Positions 48,867-59,066 of a stretch of DNA of 64,000 bases are shown piece after piece (positions within the stretch are counted from its first letter, which is position 1; each line of letters begins with the position of its first letter). Below the pieces are notes generated by a model. The model did no database searches and was not told where the DNA came from. It saw only the letters and a program-made list of their open reading frames with translations. Source of the stretch: an uncultured Bacilli bacterium (lineage in GTDB: Bacteria > Bacillota_I > Bacilli_A > RF39 > UBA660); assembly GCA_944332295.1 (NCBI GenBank), contig CALVJR010000001.1, positions 136,598-200,597 of the forward strand. The letters are read 5' to 3'. A program made the translations under genes and the position numbers.

Positions 48867-49976
48867 ATGACTAGAAAAAAAATAGAATATGAAAATGAAG
48901 ATTTTTTAACAAATCAAATTATTACATATATAGGAAATAAAAGATCTTTATTAGAATTTATTGGAGAAGCGATAGAATTAATAAAAAATAAAGAAAAAAA
49001 GGAAAAATTAAATATTGTAGATATTTTCTCAGGATCAGGAATTGTAGCTAGATATTTAAAAAGATATGCAAATACATTAATTACTAACGACCTAGAAAGT
49101 TATTCTCTAACTATTAATAAATGCTATTTATCAAATAAAAGTGAATTAAATATGGATCAATTAGTAAGTTATTATAATTTATTACAAGAAAAACTAAATG
49201 AAAAACTAGAACCAGGTTTTATCTCTAAATTATATGCCCCAAAAGACTCAAATAATATAAAAGAAGGGGAAAGAGTCTTTTTTACAACACGTAATGCAGA
49301 ATATATTGATACTTGTAGAAAAATAATAGAAAGCTTTCCAGAAGAAGTAAAACCATATTTTATTGCACCTTTATTATCAGAAGTATCAATAAAAAATAAC
49401 ACAGCGGGAGTATTTAAAGGTTTTTATAAAAATAAAAAAGGAAAAGGTCAATTCGGCGGAGAAGGTCAAAATGCTCTAAGTCGTATTACTGCCGATATTA
49501 ATATTCCTTTCCCTATATTTAGTAATTATGAATGTAAAGTAATCAATTATCAAAAAGATGCAAATACTCTAGCAAAAGAATTAAAGGATATAGATGTAGT
49601 ATACATGGATCCGCCTTATAATCAACATCCTTATGGCTCAAACTATTTTATGTTAAATGTAGTAAATGATTATAAAGAACCAAAAAAAATCAGTAAAGTA
49701 TCAGGAATACCAGATAATTGGAATCGTTCCAACTACAATAAACGAAAAGAAGCATTAACAGCTATGGAAGACCTATGTAAAAACTTAAATGCCAAATATT
49801 TGTTAATTTCCTATAACTCAGATGGTTTCATTACCAAAAAAGAAATGACGGATATGTTAAAGAAAATAGGAAAAGTAACTGTCTTAGAAAAAAAGTATAA
49901 TGTGTATAGAGCATCAAGAAATCTAAAAGATAGGTCACTTTATGTAAAAGAATATTTATTTATAGTAGAAAAGTAG
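48867..49976 (+). CDS. N6-adenine DNA methyltransferase (D12 class)
   Basis: YIGNKRSL, DIFSGSG, YMDPPY, ISYN. Confidence 0.92.
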   Translation: MTRKKIEYENEDFLTNQIITYIGNKRSLLEFIGEAIELIKNKEKKEKLNIVDIFSGSGIVARYLKRYANTLITNDLESYSLTINKCYLSNKSELNMDQLVSYYNLLQEKLNEKLEPGFISKLYAPKDSNNIKEGERVFFTTRNAEYIDTCRKIIESFPEEVKPYFIAPLLSEVSIKNNTAGVFKGFYKNKKGKGQFGGEGQNALSRITADINIPFPIFSNYECKVINYQKDANTLAKELKDIDVVYMDPPYNQHPYGSNYFMLNVVNDYKEPKKISKVSGIPDNWNRSNYNKRKEALTAMEDLCKNLNAKYLLISYNSDGFITKKEMTDMLKKIGKVTVLEKKYNVYRASRNLKDRSLYVKEYLFIVEK

Positions 49977-49984
49977 GCGATGGT

Positions 49985-51037
49985 ATGGATGTAAAAAAAA
50001 TAATTGAAATTATTAATAAAGAAGGAAGACAAGGTCCCAAAGATTTAAAGAGTGAAGAAGTATATAACTGGGTCAAGAAACAATTAAAGATATCATATGA
50101 CGATTATAAAAAGATTTTAGAAAGTAACGCAATAGATGATAGTAAAAGAAATGAAAATAGAAATGCTTTCTTTGTAATAGACAAACATGGTAAATATCAA
50201 TTATTTAAATCCAATGAAGAAGAAATTAGAAAATATTTATGTTACATTGTAAGAGAAAATGAAAAAATTACATCAGCAGAAGTAAGAAAAAAATTTAAAT
50301 TAATCTACCAAGAATATACAATTGTTGATTTAATGGACCAAAAAAATCTATCTTCAAAACAAGATATTATAGACCAGACTATCAGAAATATTTTAGTATC
50401 TAATTATGACAGAAAAAATAATAAAATTCTTTTTAATAGAACAGAAACACCCCCTTATAAATACACTTTAACAAAAGAAGGATACCGTCTAGCAGAAGAA
50501 GTAGATATCTTACTACAAAATCATAAAAATGAAGAAATACAAACAGAACACGAATTAGATGGACTAGACAGTATAGAGATAAATAAGGGTATAGGATATT
50601 ATACAGAAGAAGAACTACAAAAGATGTTTGAAGAAAATAAAAATTTTGACTTTTATACAGCATATGATGTATCTTATCATGAAAAAGGTAGAATCCCTAC
50701 TGATCCAAAATTAAAAACAACAAGATTCTATCAAGTAAAATGTTGCTGTGAAAGTGATAGAAGTCATAAAACATTTAAAACATCAATATTTCCAAACTTC
50801 TTAGAAGGACACCATTTAGTACCAATATCAGCTCAAAGAAACTTTCCATCAATTAACTTAGACTGCATTCAAAATATTGTGGCACTATGTCCTAACTGTC
50901 ATAGTAAAATTCATTTTGGAACAAGAGAAGAAAAGAAAGAAGTATTTGATAAAATAGTACAGTCTAGAAAAGAAGATTTAGAAAAAATAGGATTTACAGA
51001 ACCAATATTAAAAGTAATCTTTGATATCTATTATTAA
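49985..51037 (+). CDS. HNH endonuclease, probable restriction partner
   Basis: EGHHLVP..NIVALCPNCHSKIH. Starts 8 bp after the MTase. Confidence 0.85.
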   Translation: MDVKKIIEIINKEGRQGPKDLKSEEVYNWVKKQLKISYDDYKKILESNAIDDSKRNENRNAFFVIDKHGKYQLFKSNEEEIRKYLCYIVRENEKITSAEVRKKFKLIYQEYTIVDLMDQKNLSSKQDIIDQTIRNILVSNYDRKNNKILFNRTETPPYKYTLTKEGYRLAEEVDILLQNHKNEEIQTEHELDGLDSIEINKGIGYYTEEELQKMFEENKNFDFYTAYDVSYHEKGRIPTDPKLKTTRFYQVKCCCESDRSHKTFKTSIFPNFLEGHHLVPISAQRNFPSINLDCIQNIVALCPNCHSKIHFGTREEKKEVFDKIVQSRKEDLEKIGFTEPILKVIFDIYY

Positions 51038-51054
51038 AAATAAAAGGAGCAAGT

Positions 51055-51939
51055 ATGAGTTTAATAAATAAATTAGTATTAGGAATTTATAATAATCAAT
51101 TAAAAGATGTGGATAACAAACAACAAAATATGACCTGGGATAACGAAGTAGCAATCGAAGAAAATATTCCATATCAAGAAGGAAATGATAATCTATATAC
51201 ATATGACTACATATATGCCAAAAAAGAAGAAAATCCTCAATCTTTACCATTAATAATTAATATTCACGGAGGTGCTTTCTGTGGAGGAGATAAATCTGTA
51301 AATAAATATTATGGAGCTTTTTTAGCAAAGTATCATTATCAGGTAACAACACTAAATTATCATTACGCACCAGAAGGCAATCTAAAAAAACAAGTACAAG
51401 ATTGCTTAGCAGCAATTACTAAAATTGTTGAAAATTATCAAAAAGAAGAGTTCTTTTTAACAGGAGACTCATCTGGATCTGTTTTAGTATTACTAATTAG
51501 TCTACTTTGGAAAAATGAAGAAATGAGAAAATCTTATGGAGTAGAAGTACCAAATGTTAGAATAAAAACACTAGGATTAACTGGAACACAAGCAGGAATT
51601 GATATGTTTCCTCCATTTATGAAACCATTTAACAAGGAAAATAGAAGATTAATATTAACAGGGTGTGAGGAAATAGAAAAATATACCAATATAAAAGAAT
51701 TATGGACTAATGATATGCCTGCAGTTTTTATAATGAGTGCAGAAGAAGATGTTTGTTACCCTAATTGCCAAGACTTTGACCAATTCTTAACAGAAAAAAA
51801 TCATCCTCATCAAAGTTTCTACTGTAAAAAGAAAGAAGAAGGAAAACTATACCATTGCTTTAATGTAATAAGACCAGATCTCAATTGTAGCAAAAGAATG
51901 AATGAAGCAATGATAAACTACTTTAATAATATAAAGTAA
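51055..51939 (+). CDS. Alpha/beta hydrolase (HSL-like esterase)
   Basis: HGGAF, GDSSG, HCF. Confidence 0.88.
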   Translation: MSLINKLVLGIYNNQLKDVDNKQQNMTWDNEVAIEENIPYQEGNDNLYTYDYIYAKKEENPQSLPLIINIHGGAFCGGDKSVNKYYGAFLAKYHYQVTTLNYHYAPEGNLKKQVQDCLAAITKIVENYQKEEFFLTGDSSGSVLVLLISLLWKNEEMRKSYGVEVPNVRIKTLGLTGTQAGIDMFPPFMKPFNKENRRLILTGCEEIEKYTNIKELWTNDMPAVFIMSAEEDVCYPNCQDFDQFLTEKNHPHQSFYCKKKEEGKLYHCFNVIRPDLNCSKRMNEAMINYFNNIK

Positions 51940-51948
51940 GGGATAAAT

Positions 51949-52941
51949 ATGCCAAAAATAAGTATAATAGTACCGGTATTTAATTCAGAACAAGAAATAA
52001 AAGATTGTCTCGACTCATTAGTAGACCAAACAGAAAAAGATTTAGAAATTATTGTAATAGATGATAAATCAACAGACCACAGCCTAGAAATTATAGAATC
52101 ATATGCTAAAAACTATTCTAATATTAGGGTATATAGAAATGAAGAAAATAAAGGTGTAAGTGATTCAAGAAATTTAGGTATTGCCCTGGCAACTGGAGAA
52201 TACATCACATTTGTAGACAGTGATGACTATGTTAATACTACAATGTATGAAGAATTATATGAAGTAGCCAAAATGTATAACAAGCCAGAATTAATAACAA
52301 CCGGAATCGTATTTGTAAAAGGAAACGAATATAGAACAAAAGACTTAAGTTACTTAGGAAAATCATCTCCTAAAGTAATACATCCGATAGATAACGAAGA
52401 AGCAATATATGCAGAAAGTCCAACCACCTGTAATAAATTATTTAGAAAAGATACAGTAAAAGACTATAAATTTTTAAAAAATTGTCTCTGGGAAGATATT
52501 GCCTTTAGCTTTACTAGATTTTTAGAAGCAGATACCGTAATAGAAGTACCAACTCCAAATTATTTTTATAGAAGAGATATAACAAATGGATTATCCTCTA
52601 AGAATTACCAAGAAAATGATAAAATAACGGATATTTTTAAAGTAGCAGATGAACTAGAAGAAGAATTAAAGAAAAAAGGAAAGTATGATTATTTTAAAGA
52701 ACAAGTAAAACTACTACAAATAGCAATATGTCTACAAAGAGTAGACGAATTAAAATGCTGGGATATAGAAGAAGAAAAGAAAAACCAAGTAAAGGAAAAT
52801 ATGTTTGCAACTATCTATCAAAAGTATGGAGACTTAGAAGGAGTAGATGAGGTTACTCTACAATGTAAAGCAAGTTTTAATACAATAGAAGAGTATAGTA
52901 ATTTTCTAGAAACAAAGAAGAAAACAGTAACTAGAAAATAA
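51949..52941 (+). CDS. GT2 glycosyltransferase
   Basis: SIIVPVFN, DDKSTD, FVDSDD, WED. Confidence 0.92.
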   Translation: MPKISIIVPVFNSEQEIKDCLDSLVDQTEKDLEIIVIDDKSTDHSLEIIESYAKNYSNIRVYRNEENKGVSDSRNLGIALATGEYITFVDSDDYVNTTMYEELYEVAKMYNKPELITTGIVFVKGNEYRTKDLSYLGKSSPKVIHPIDNEEAIYAESPTTCNKLFRKDTVKDYKFLKNCLWEDIAFSFTRFLEADTVIEVPTPNYFYRRDITNGLSSKNYQENDKITDIFKVADELEEELKKKGKYDYFKEQVKLLQIAICLQRVDELKCWDIEEEKKNQVKENMFATIYQKYGDLEGVDEVTLQCKASFNTIEEYSNFLETKKKTVTRK

Positions 52942-53026
52942 AAATCTACAAAAATAAAAACCAAACATAGTATAAAATTGACATTTTAGTAAAAAATGAT
53001 ATAATAAACACCAATAAAAAGGGAAT

Positions 53027-53258
53027 ATGGTTATGGAAAAATAAAAACAAGAAAGTAAGTGGACAGAACAATTAGAAGAGCAAGTGATTATAAAGAAAAC
53101 TAACAGAAATGTGTTTTGAACGTACAGAAGAATTTATAGAACAAGGAAATATCATTTACCAAACTAGCACACAAGAGTTACAACAACAAACAAAAATAAA
53201 AGTTTGCTCTAGATTGTATGTTGCAACGATAAAAAACAAAGTATTAACCAAAAGATGA
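53027..53258 (+). pseudogene. Possible decayed small ORF
   Basis: TTGACA and TATAAT promoter elements, then a coding-like stretch with an early TAA and a frameshift. It ends NKVLTKR*, overlapping the next SD. Confidence 0.3.
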
Positions 53259-53270
53259 GGAGACTGAAAA

Positions 53271-53969
53271 ATGAATAGAAACTTAGATGTCTGGGCAATT
53301 CAAAAATATCCGAATGAATTATATACTGCCTTAGAAAATGTAAAAACTGATACAGGAGATTTAATTCTTTTTACTAATTTAGAATGTGATTTTGAATTAA
53401 ATGGTCAAACAGTAAAAAGAAGTTTTGATACCTCGCTTTATTATGATGCTGGAAATGGTAATGATGCACTAATATTATTAATGAAAGCTGGTATTGCAAC
53501 AGCAGACCAAATAAGAGAATATCTAGAAAAAAAACAATTAAGGTATCATGAAGTATCATTGGCCAAAGATTTTAATAATGCATACAAAGAAGAAAAAGAC
53601 GATGAAAATATTCCGGAAATTTGGTTTGCAAGAGAAGAATATGTCTTAAGAGATGCCCTAAATGATAGCATAGAGCAAGGAAATATTACATGTGATTATT
53701 ACCCTTTATTGCAAGGATTTCTAAGTCTAAACTACAGTGCCAATTCTAATCTTTCTAGTTACAGTGTTGATGGAAGAAAGATATTAGGAGTAATTACCTT
53801 AGAAGACAAAATGATTTTATTGATTAATAATGGTAATGACGAGCGAAATATAAGTCCATTTCAAGCACACAAAATTATGGAGGAATTAGGAGTCTCTGTG
53901 AATGTTCTTTCTGATAGGGAATTTAATATTGAAAAACCTTATCAAGGAAAAATGATAGAGAAAAAATAA
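53271..53969 (+). CDS. Hypothetical protein
   Basis: 232-aa ORF with GAGGAG SD. Confidence 0.7.
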   Translation: MNRNLDVWAIQKYPNELYTALENVKTDTGDLILFTNLECDFELNGQTVKRSFDTSLYYDAGNGNDALILLMKAGIATADQIREYLEKKQLRYHEVSLAKDFNNAYKEEKDDENIPEIWFAREEYVLRDALNDSIEQGNITCDYYPLLQGFLSLNYSANSNLSSYSVDGRKILGVITLEDKMILLINNGNDERNISPFQAHKIMEELGVSVNVLSDREFNIEKPYQGKMIEKK

Positions 53970-53972
53970 ATC

Positions 53973-54698
53973 ATGAATGAAATTGAAAGACTAGCCCAAA
54001 TCATTAAAGATTCATCTAATACTGTGTTTTTTGGAGGAGCAGGAGTATCAACAGAAAGTGGTCTAAAAGATTTTAGAAGCAAAGATGGCCTATATCATGA
54101 AAAATATAAATATCCTCCAGAAGAAATTTTATCTCATCATTTCTTTTTAGAAAATACCCAAGAATTTTATAAGTTTTATAGAGATAAAATGAATAGTCTA
54201 AATTATAAACCTAACATTACTCATCATGTTTTAGCAAAACTAGAAGAAAAAGGACTATTAAAAGCAATTATTACTCAAAATATCGACGGATTTCATCAAA
54301 TGGCTGGTTCAAAAAATGTATTAGAACTACATGGCTCTGTACTCAGAAATCATTGTATAAAGTGTCACAATTTTTATGCTGCAGAGTATATTTTTTCATC
54401 TAAAGATATTCCAAAATGTAGTTGCGGAGGAATAATAAAACCAGAGGTAGTACTATATGAAGAACCATTAGACGATGAAATATTAAAAAAAGCAATAAAA
54501 GAAATATCTGCGGCAGATACTTTAATTATAGGAGGAACATCTTTAAATGTTTATCCTGCAGCAGGTCTAATTAATTACTTCCAAGGCAAAAATTTAGTAT
54601 TAATTAATAAAGAAAAAACAGCCTATGATATTAAATGTAACTTAGTGATTCATGATAGTATTGGAAAAGTAATGGAAAAAATAAACATGGATTTTTAG
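53973..54698 (+). CDS. cobB: NAD-dependent protein deacylase (sirtuin)
   Basis: GAGVSTESG..DFR, TQNIDG, LHGS, CxxC..CxC, GTSL.VYPA. Confidence 0.93.
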   Translation: MNEIERLAQIIKDSSNTVFFGGAGVSTESGLKDFRSKDGLYHEKYKYPPEEILSHHFFLENTQEFYKFYRDKMNSLNYKPNITHHVLAKLEEKGLLKAIITQNIDGFHQMAGSKNVLELHGSVLRNHCIKCHNFYAAEYIFSSKDIPKCSCGGIIKPEVVLYEEPLDDEILKKAIKEISAADTLIIGGTSLNVYPAAGLINYFQGKNLVLINKEKTAYDIKCNLVIHDSIGKVMEKINMDF

Positions 54699-54708
54699 TA
54701 AATGAAAT

Positions 54709-54894
54709 TTGACTTTTACGAAAAAGTATAATAAAATTAAAAAGCAAGCGAGGAGATATAAACAATTATGTGAGCTATCTCGGGATAAAACCTACACGAA
54801 CAAAGCAGTAAGTACGGAGTCGCTAAGCAATAGCAGTAGACTTTGTGCTTTTTTATTTTGCAAAGCATAAAGTAAAATAAAGGAGAGAGAAAAA
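54709..54894 (+). promoter_or_regulatory. Promoter plus ~150-nt structured leader or sRNA
   Basis: TTGACT-N17-TAAAAT, GC-enriched hairpins (GAGATA/TATCTC, GCTA/TAGC), T-tract, CTTTGTGCTT/AAGCATAAAG. Confidence 0.45.
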
Positions 54895-55440
54895 ATGCAA
54901 AAAAATTTACAAACAGATACTGGTATAGATTTGGTGAATAGCCAACCATTATCATATGACTATATGGCATCTAAATATAAGGATTATAAAGAAGGAATAG
55001 TGCCAATAGAAAAGTTAAATGAAAAAGAAAAAAAAGAAGTAGAAACATTGAAAATATTAGAAAAATTAGGGTATTCTTTGACAGAAACAGGAACATATTT
55101 TTATAAAGATGTCATTGTAAAAGCTATAGAACAATTACAAGAAGCTACTTTGGAAGAAAATTATCGAGAGTTAATAATTGCTATCAACAATGACTATTCA
55201 CAATTCTACTTTGATATTGCAAGAAATAACTATGATGTAGGGCTAAAAACATTTCACAGTTGTATTAATATATCTTTTCAAACGACATCGCGAGTTAATA
55301 AAGAATTACAAAGAAAAATTGGTTTAGATGAATATAATATGAATTATAAACAAGAAGCATTATTGATTGCTAATCACATAATAGAAAATCAACCAAGAAA
55401 AGAAAAGGAAAGCATGAAAAAGAAAGTAATAAGTTATTGA
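54895..55440 (+). CDS. Hypothetical protein, weakly Spo0A C-terminal-like
   Basis: ILEKLGY....GTYFYKDVI...FYFDIAR pattern. Confidence 0.6.
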   Translation: MQKNLQTDTGIDLVNSQPLSYDYMASKYKDYKEGIVPIEKLNEKEKKEVETLKILEKLGYSLTETGTYFYKDVIVKAIEQLQEATLEENYRELIIAINNDYSQFYFDIARNNYDVGLKTFHSCINISFQTTSRVNKELQRKIGLDEYNMNYKQEALLIANHIIENQPRKEKESMKKKVISY

Positions 55441-55697
55441 TAATACTTAAAATTAGAAAAGCCAAAAAATAATTTGTGCTTTTTTTCTTAAAAAGGAAGT
55501 AAGTATGATATACTAAAAATAGAAAAGTAAAGCAGAAGAAAAAATTGATATTAATATTAAAATATGGTGACAAATATGTAAAACTGCGAATTCTATAATC
55601 TTAGGGTTTACATTAAAAGAAAACATCTACTATCATGATAATATTAGGGAATCATTAAGGGTAAATAAAAACAAGCAACTTCTAAAAGGAGAGAGAT

Positions 55698-56243
55698 ATG
55701 AACAATATTGATGATTTTTATAATTCAATTTTAAATATTAGACTACAGCAAAATGAAAAGACAAAAGAATTAATACAAAGAATAACTAAAAATGCAGTAG
55801 AGGAAGTGAAAAAGGTAACTCCAGATTTAGATGGATTTTGCAAGTTTTTAGCAAGCGAAATACAAGGAAAACTAGACCAAAATGGAATCAGAAACTACTG
55901 GATAGATTTAAATGAATTAATTAACGTAGATCATGTAGTGTTAATTGCAGAATATCGAACAGCAATAGGGATGCAACGTCTACTAATTGATCCTAGCTTT
56001 CAACAGTTTACAAAACAAGAAAATAAAAAATTAATAAAATTAAATGACTGGCCAAGTGAGAAAATAGAAGATAAAAATATGGTCACAGATTTACTAGAAA
56101 CAGGCATCACAGAACTAGATGAAAAAAGGTGGACTGACTACTTACAGGGATTTACAGAAAATAGTCAAAATATCACTCTAGATAATTTACTAAAAGGGAA
56201 GTTAAAAAGGGAGGAACAAGGAAATGATAGAAAAAGAAAATAA
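55698..56243 (+). CDS. Hypothetical protein with a possible Cys-His-Asp triad
   Basis: GFCKFLA, DHVVLI, LIDPSFQQF. Confidence 0.65.
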   Translation: MNNIDDFYNSILNIRLQQNEKTKELIQRITKNAVEEVKKVTPDLDGFCKFLASEIQGKLDQNGIRNYWIDLNELINVDHVVLIAEYRTAIGMQRLLIDPSFQQFTKQENKKLIKLNDWPSEKIEDKNMVTDLLETGITELDEKRWTDYLQGFTENSQNITLDNLLKGKLKREEQGNDRKRK

Positions 56244-56487
56244 AATTATCTATGAAATGAATGGAGAAGAAATAGGTGTAGTAAAATATGAAAAAATAGA
56301 TGAAAACACGATAGATATTTATCATACTTATGTAGCTCCAGATTATCAAGGAAGGCATATTGCAGGAGATTTAATGGAATACTTATTTAAGAAACTACAA
56401 AAGGAAAAGATAAAAGCAACAGCCAGTTGTTCTTATGCAAAACATTGGATGGAAAAACATCCAGAATATAATGACAATTTTATATAA
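56224..56487 (+). CDS. YjdJ-like small GNAT acetyltransferase
   Basis: HTYVAPDYQGRHIAG..ASCSYA. Confidence 0.88.
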   Translation: MIEKENKIIYEMNGEEIGVVKYEKIDENTIDIYHTYVAPDYQGRHIAGDLMEYLFKKLQKEKIKATASCSYAKHWMEKHPEYNDNFI

Positions 56488-56571
56488 AATAAAGGTAAAA
56501 GGAATTCGACTAAAAAGAATATGAAACTTCAAAGGAAAGTAAAAATACTTTTCTTTTTTTATGAAAACAAA

Positions 56572-56601
56572 TTGACAAGCGTACAACAATACGCATATAA
56601 T
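56572..56601 (+). promoter_or_regulatory. sigma70 promoter with a palindromic operator in the spacer
   Basis: TTGACA-N18-TATAAT containing GCGTA-N6-TACGC. Confidence 0.7.
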
Positions 56602-56627
56602 TAAATTGTAGAAAGGAGCAACAAAGC

Positions 56628-57287
56628 ATGGAAGTAAATAATCCCAAGTATGAGCATCAAGGCATCCATGTAATAGCATCTATTTTCACCATCGATAAGG
56701 GTAAGTTAAAGATTTTGTTAGTAAAAAGAAAAAACAATCCTTATCAAGGTCTCTGGGCTTTAACTGGGGGAGCACTTTATAATGATGAAGATTTAGAAGA
56801 AGGACTAAAACGAGAAATTTATGAAAAGACAGGACTAGAAAATATTGAAGTAAAATTAGCAAACGTCTTTGGTAAAAAGAATCGATCACCAGTAATGAGA
56901 ATGGTTGCTGTAACATACATAGGAATAATCGATGCTAGTAAAGTTGAAATTGCAAAATCGACACTGAAAACTAGTAATGCCGAATGGTTTAGTATTGATG
57001 AAGTTCCGCATCTTGCCTATGATCATAACGAAATCATTACGGATGCCATCAAAAAACTAAAAGAAGAAATTTTAAAAACTGACTTATTAAAAGTATTTTT
57101 CCCGAACGGCTTTACTTTACCAGAATTACAAAAAGTCTATGAAAGCATTCTAGAAAAAAAACTAGACAGGAGAAACTTTAGAAAAAAAATACTAAATATG
57201 GATATGATTATTCCAACAGAAGAAGAAAAGATATTTGAAGGGAAGAAAAAAGCTAAAATTTATAAGTTTAAAGAAAAAGAGGAATAA
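56628..57287 (+). CDS. nrtR: NrtR-family regulator (Nudix plus wHTH)
   Basis: WALTGG..E.LEEGLKREIYEKTG, LAYDH, FTLPELQKVYE..DRRNFRKK. Confidence 0.88.
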   Translation: MEVNNPKYEHQGIHVIASIFTIDKGKLKILLVKRKNNPYQGLWALTGGALYNDEDLEEGLKREIYEKTGLENIEVKLANVFGKKNRSPVMRMVAVTYIGIIDASKVEIAKSTLKTSNAEWFSIDEVPHLAYDHNEIITDAIKKLKEEILKTDLLKVFFPNGFTLPELQKVYESILEKKLDRRNFRKKILNMDMIIPTEEEKIFEGKKKAKIYKFKEKEE

Positions 57288-57288
57288 A

Positions 57289-57909
57289 ATGAAAGAAAAA
57301 TTAACATTTTATTATGGAAGTATGGAAGGTGGAAAAACAACAAGAATATTTCAAATGCTATACGTATTAGAAAAGAATAATCAACAAGTATTAGTTATAA
57401 AATCTGCTAAAGATACCAAGGGAGAAGAGGCAATTATCAATCGCCAAGAGGAACGAAGAAAGGTAGATATCCTACTGCAACCGGGAGAAACATTATTATC
57501 AGGAGAAAACTTAGAAAAAATCTTTAATTGCAATCACATTATAGTAGATGAAGCACAATTTCTAGATTCAAAACAAGTAGAAGAACTATGGCAAATTAAT
57601 AAAAGAATGAATATTGGAGTTACTTGTTTTGGATTAAGAGGTAACTTTAAAACAAATTATTTTGAAGGAACCGCAAGATTGTTTGCTATGGCAGATGAAG
57701 TAAAAATGATTGAAACAAATGCACTATGTGCCTGCGGTTCCGAAGCAGTATTTAATGCAAGATTAGTAGATGGTAAATTTACTATGGAAGGAGAAGATAT
57801 CGAAATCGATGGAGAAAATAGTCGTGTAAAATATGTCCCACTTTGTGGAGAATGTTTTTATAACAAAGTATATATTAGAAGGAGAAAAAATAAATGTCCA
57901 GACAAATAA
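57289..57909 (+). CDS. tdk: Thymidine kinase
   Basis: GSMEGGKT, VDEAQF, FGL..F..FEG, CACG, Y.PLC..C. Start placed at ATG 57289. Confidence 0.88.
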   Translation: MKEKLTFYYGSMEGGKTTRIFQMLYVLEKNNQQVLVIKSAKDTKGEEAIINRQEERRKVDILLQPGETLLSGENLEKIFNCNHIIVDEAQFLDSKQVEELWQINKRMNIGVTCFGLRGNFKTNYFEGTARLFAMADEVKMIETNALCACGSEAVFNARLVDGKFTMEGEDIEIDGENSRVKYVPLCGECFYNKVYIRRRKNKCPDK

Positions 57910-59003
57910 AAAAAATTGCCTTAACCGGAGGTCCTTGTGCCGGGAAAACAACAGCTATTCAAGAAATAGAAAAAGAATTTACGGAAAAAGGGTATTTAGT
58001 ATTAATTGTTCCAGAAGCAGCAACTATATTAATTAATAGTGGAGTAAGACCCTTTGGAGAGTTTGCAATTAATACCATAGAATTTCAAAAACAAGTAATA
58101 AAACTACAATTAACATTAGAAAGTATCGCAGATGAAGTTGCAAATCAAAGTAATAAACCAGTAATTATTTTATGTGACAGAGGAGTATTAGATGATAAAG
58201 CCTATGTAACAAAAAAAGAATGGCAACAATTACTAAAAGAATTTAAAGTAAAAGAGTTAGACCTTATGAATCGTTACAACCTAACTCTTCATCTAAGAAC
58301 TGCAGCCCTAGGAAAAGAAGAGTTTTATACCTTAGACAATAATACAGCAAGAACAGAAACCATAGAAGAAGCAAGACAAAAGGATAAGAAAACACTAGAA
58401 GGCTGGCTTGGTCATGAAAACTTAAAAATTATTGGTAATGAAACATCATTTAATGAGAAAATAAATCAAGTAATAAGAGAAATTTACGACACACTAGCAA
58501 AACCATATCCAACCCAGATTCAAAGAAAATATCTAATAGAAAAAATAGATCTTTCTAAGATAGAAGAGATAAAACTAGTAAAATTATCCATAGAACAATA
58601 CATGATAGAAAGCGGAAATATTGAATACATCTATAGAAAAACGGGAAAAGAAGAAGAGGAAAAATACACACTAATTACCAAAATAGATACTGATATTAAC
58701 AATGAAAGAATCACAACAAGAAGACTAATTAGTGAAGAAGAGTATTATGGAAATTTATCAAAAGAAAAACCAGTCCAAAAAACTAGGTACTGTTTCGAAT
58801 ACAAAAATCAGTATTTTAGATTAGACATTTTTGAAAATGGACTACAAATGTTAGAAATAGAACCATCATCGAATAAAAGAGAAATCACACTTCCAAATTT
58901 TATAAAAGTAGAAAAAGAAGTAACAGATGATAAAGAATACAGAAATAGTTCTATATATAAAAAGTTAAATAAAGAAACATCAAAAACCTATCAAAAAGTA
59001 TAG
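57894..59003 (+). CDS. AAA_28 / NadR-like P-loop kinase fused to a CYTH-like domain
   Basis: TGGPCAGKTT, PEAAT, CDRG. C-terminal IQRKYL, KTRYCF..LDIF..LEIE, EVT...Y.N. Confidence 0.8.
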   Translation: MSRQIKKIALTGGPCAGKTTAIQEIEKEFTEKGYLVLIVPEAATILINSGVRPFGEFAINTIEFQKQVIKLQLTLESIADEVANQSNKPVIILCDRGVLDDKAYVTKKEWQQLLKEFKVKELDLMNRYNLTLHLRTAALGKEEFYTLDNNTARTETIEEARQKDKKTLEGWLGHENLKIIGNETSFNEKINQVIREIYDTLAKPYPTQIQRKYLIEKIDLSKIEEIKLVKLSIEQYMIESGNIEYIYRKTGKEEEEKYTLITKIDTDINNERITTRRLISEEEYYGNLSKEKPVQKTRYCFEYKNQYFRLDIFENGLQMLEIEPSSNKREITLPNFIKVEKEVTDDKEYRNSSIYKKLNKETSKTYQKV

Positions 59004-59066
59004 TCTAGAAAAACATAGAAAAAAGTAGTATAATGATACAAGTAACCTAAAGAAAGGGAAGATAAA

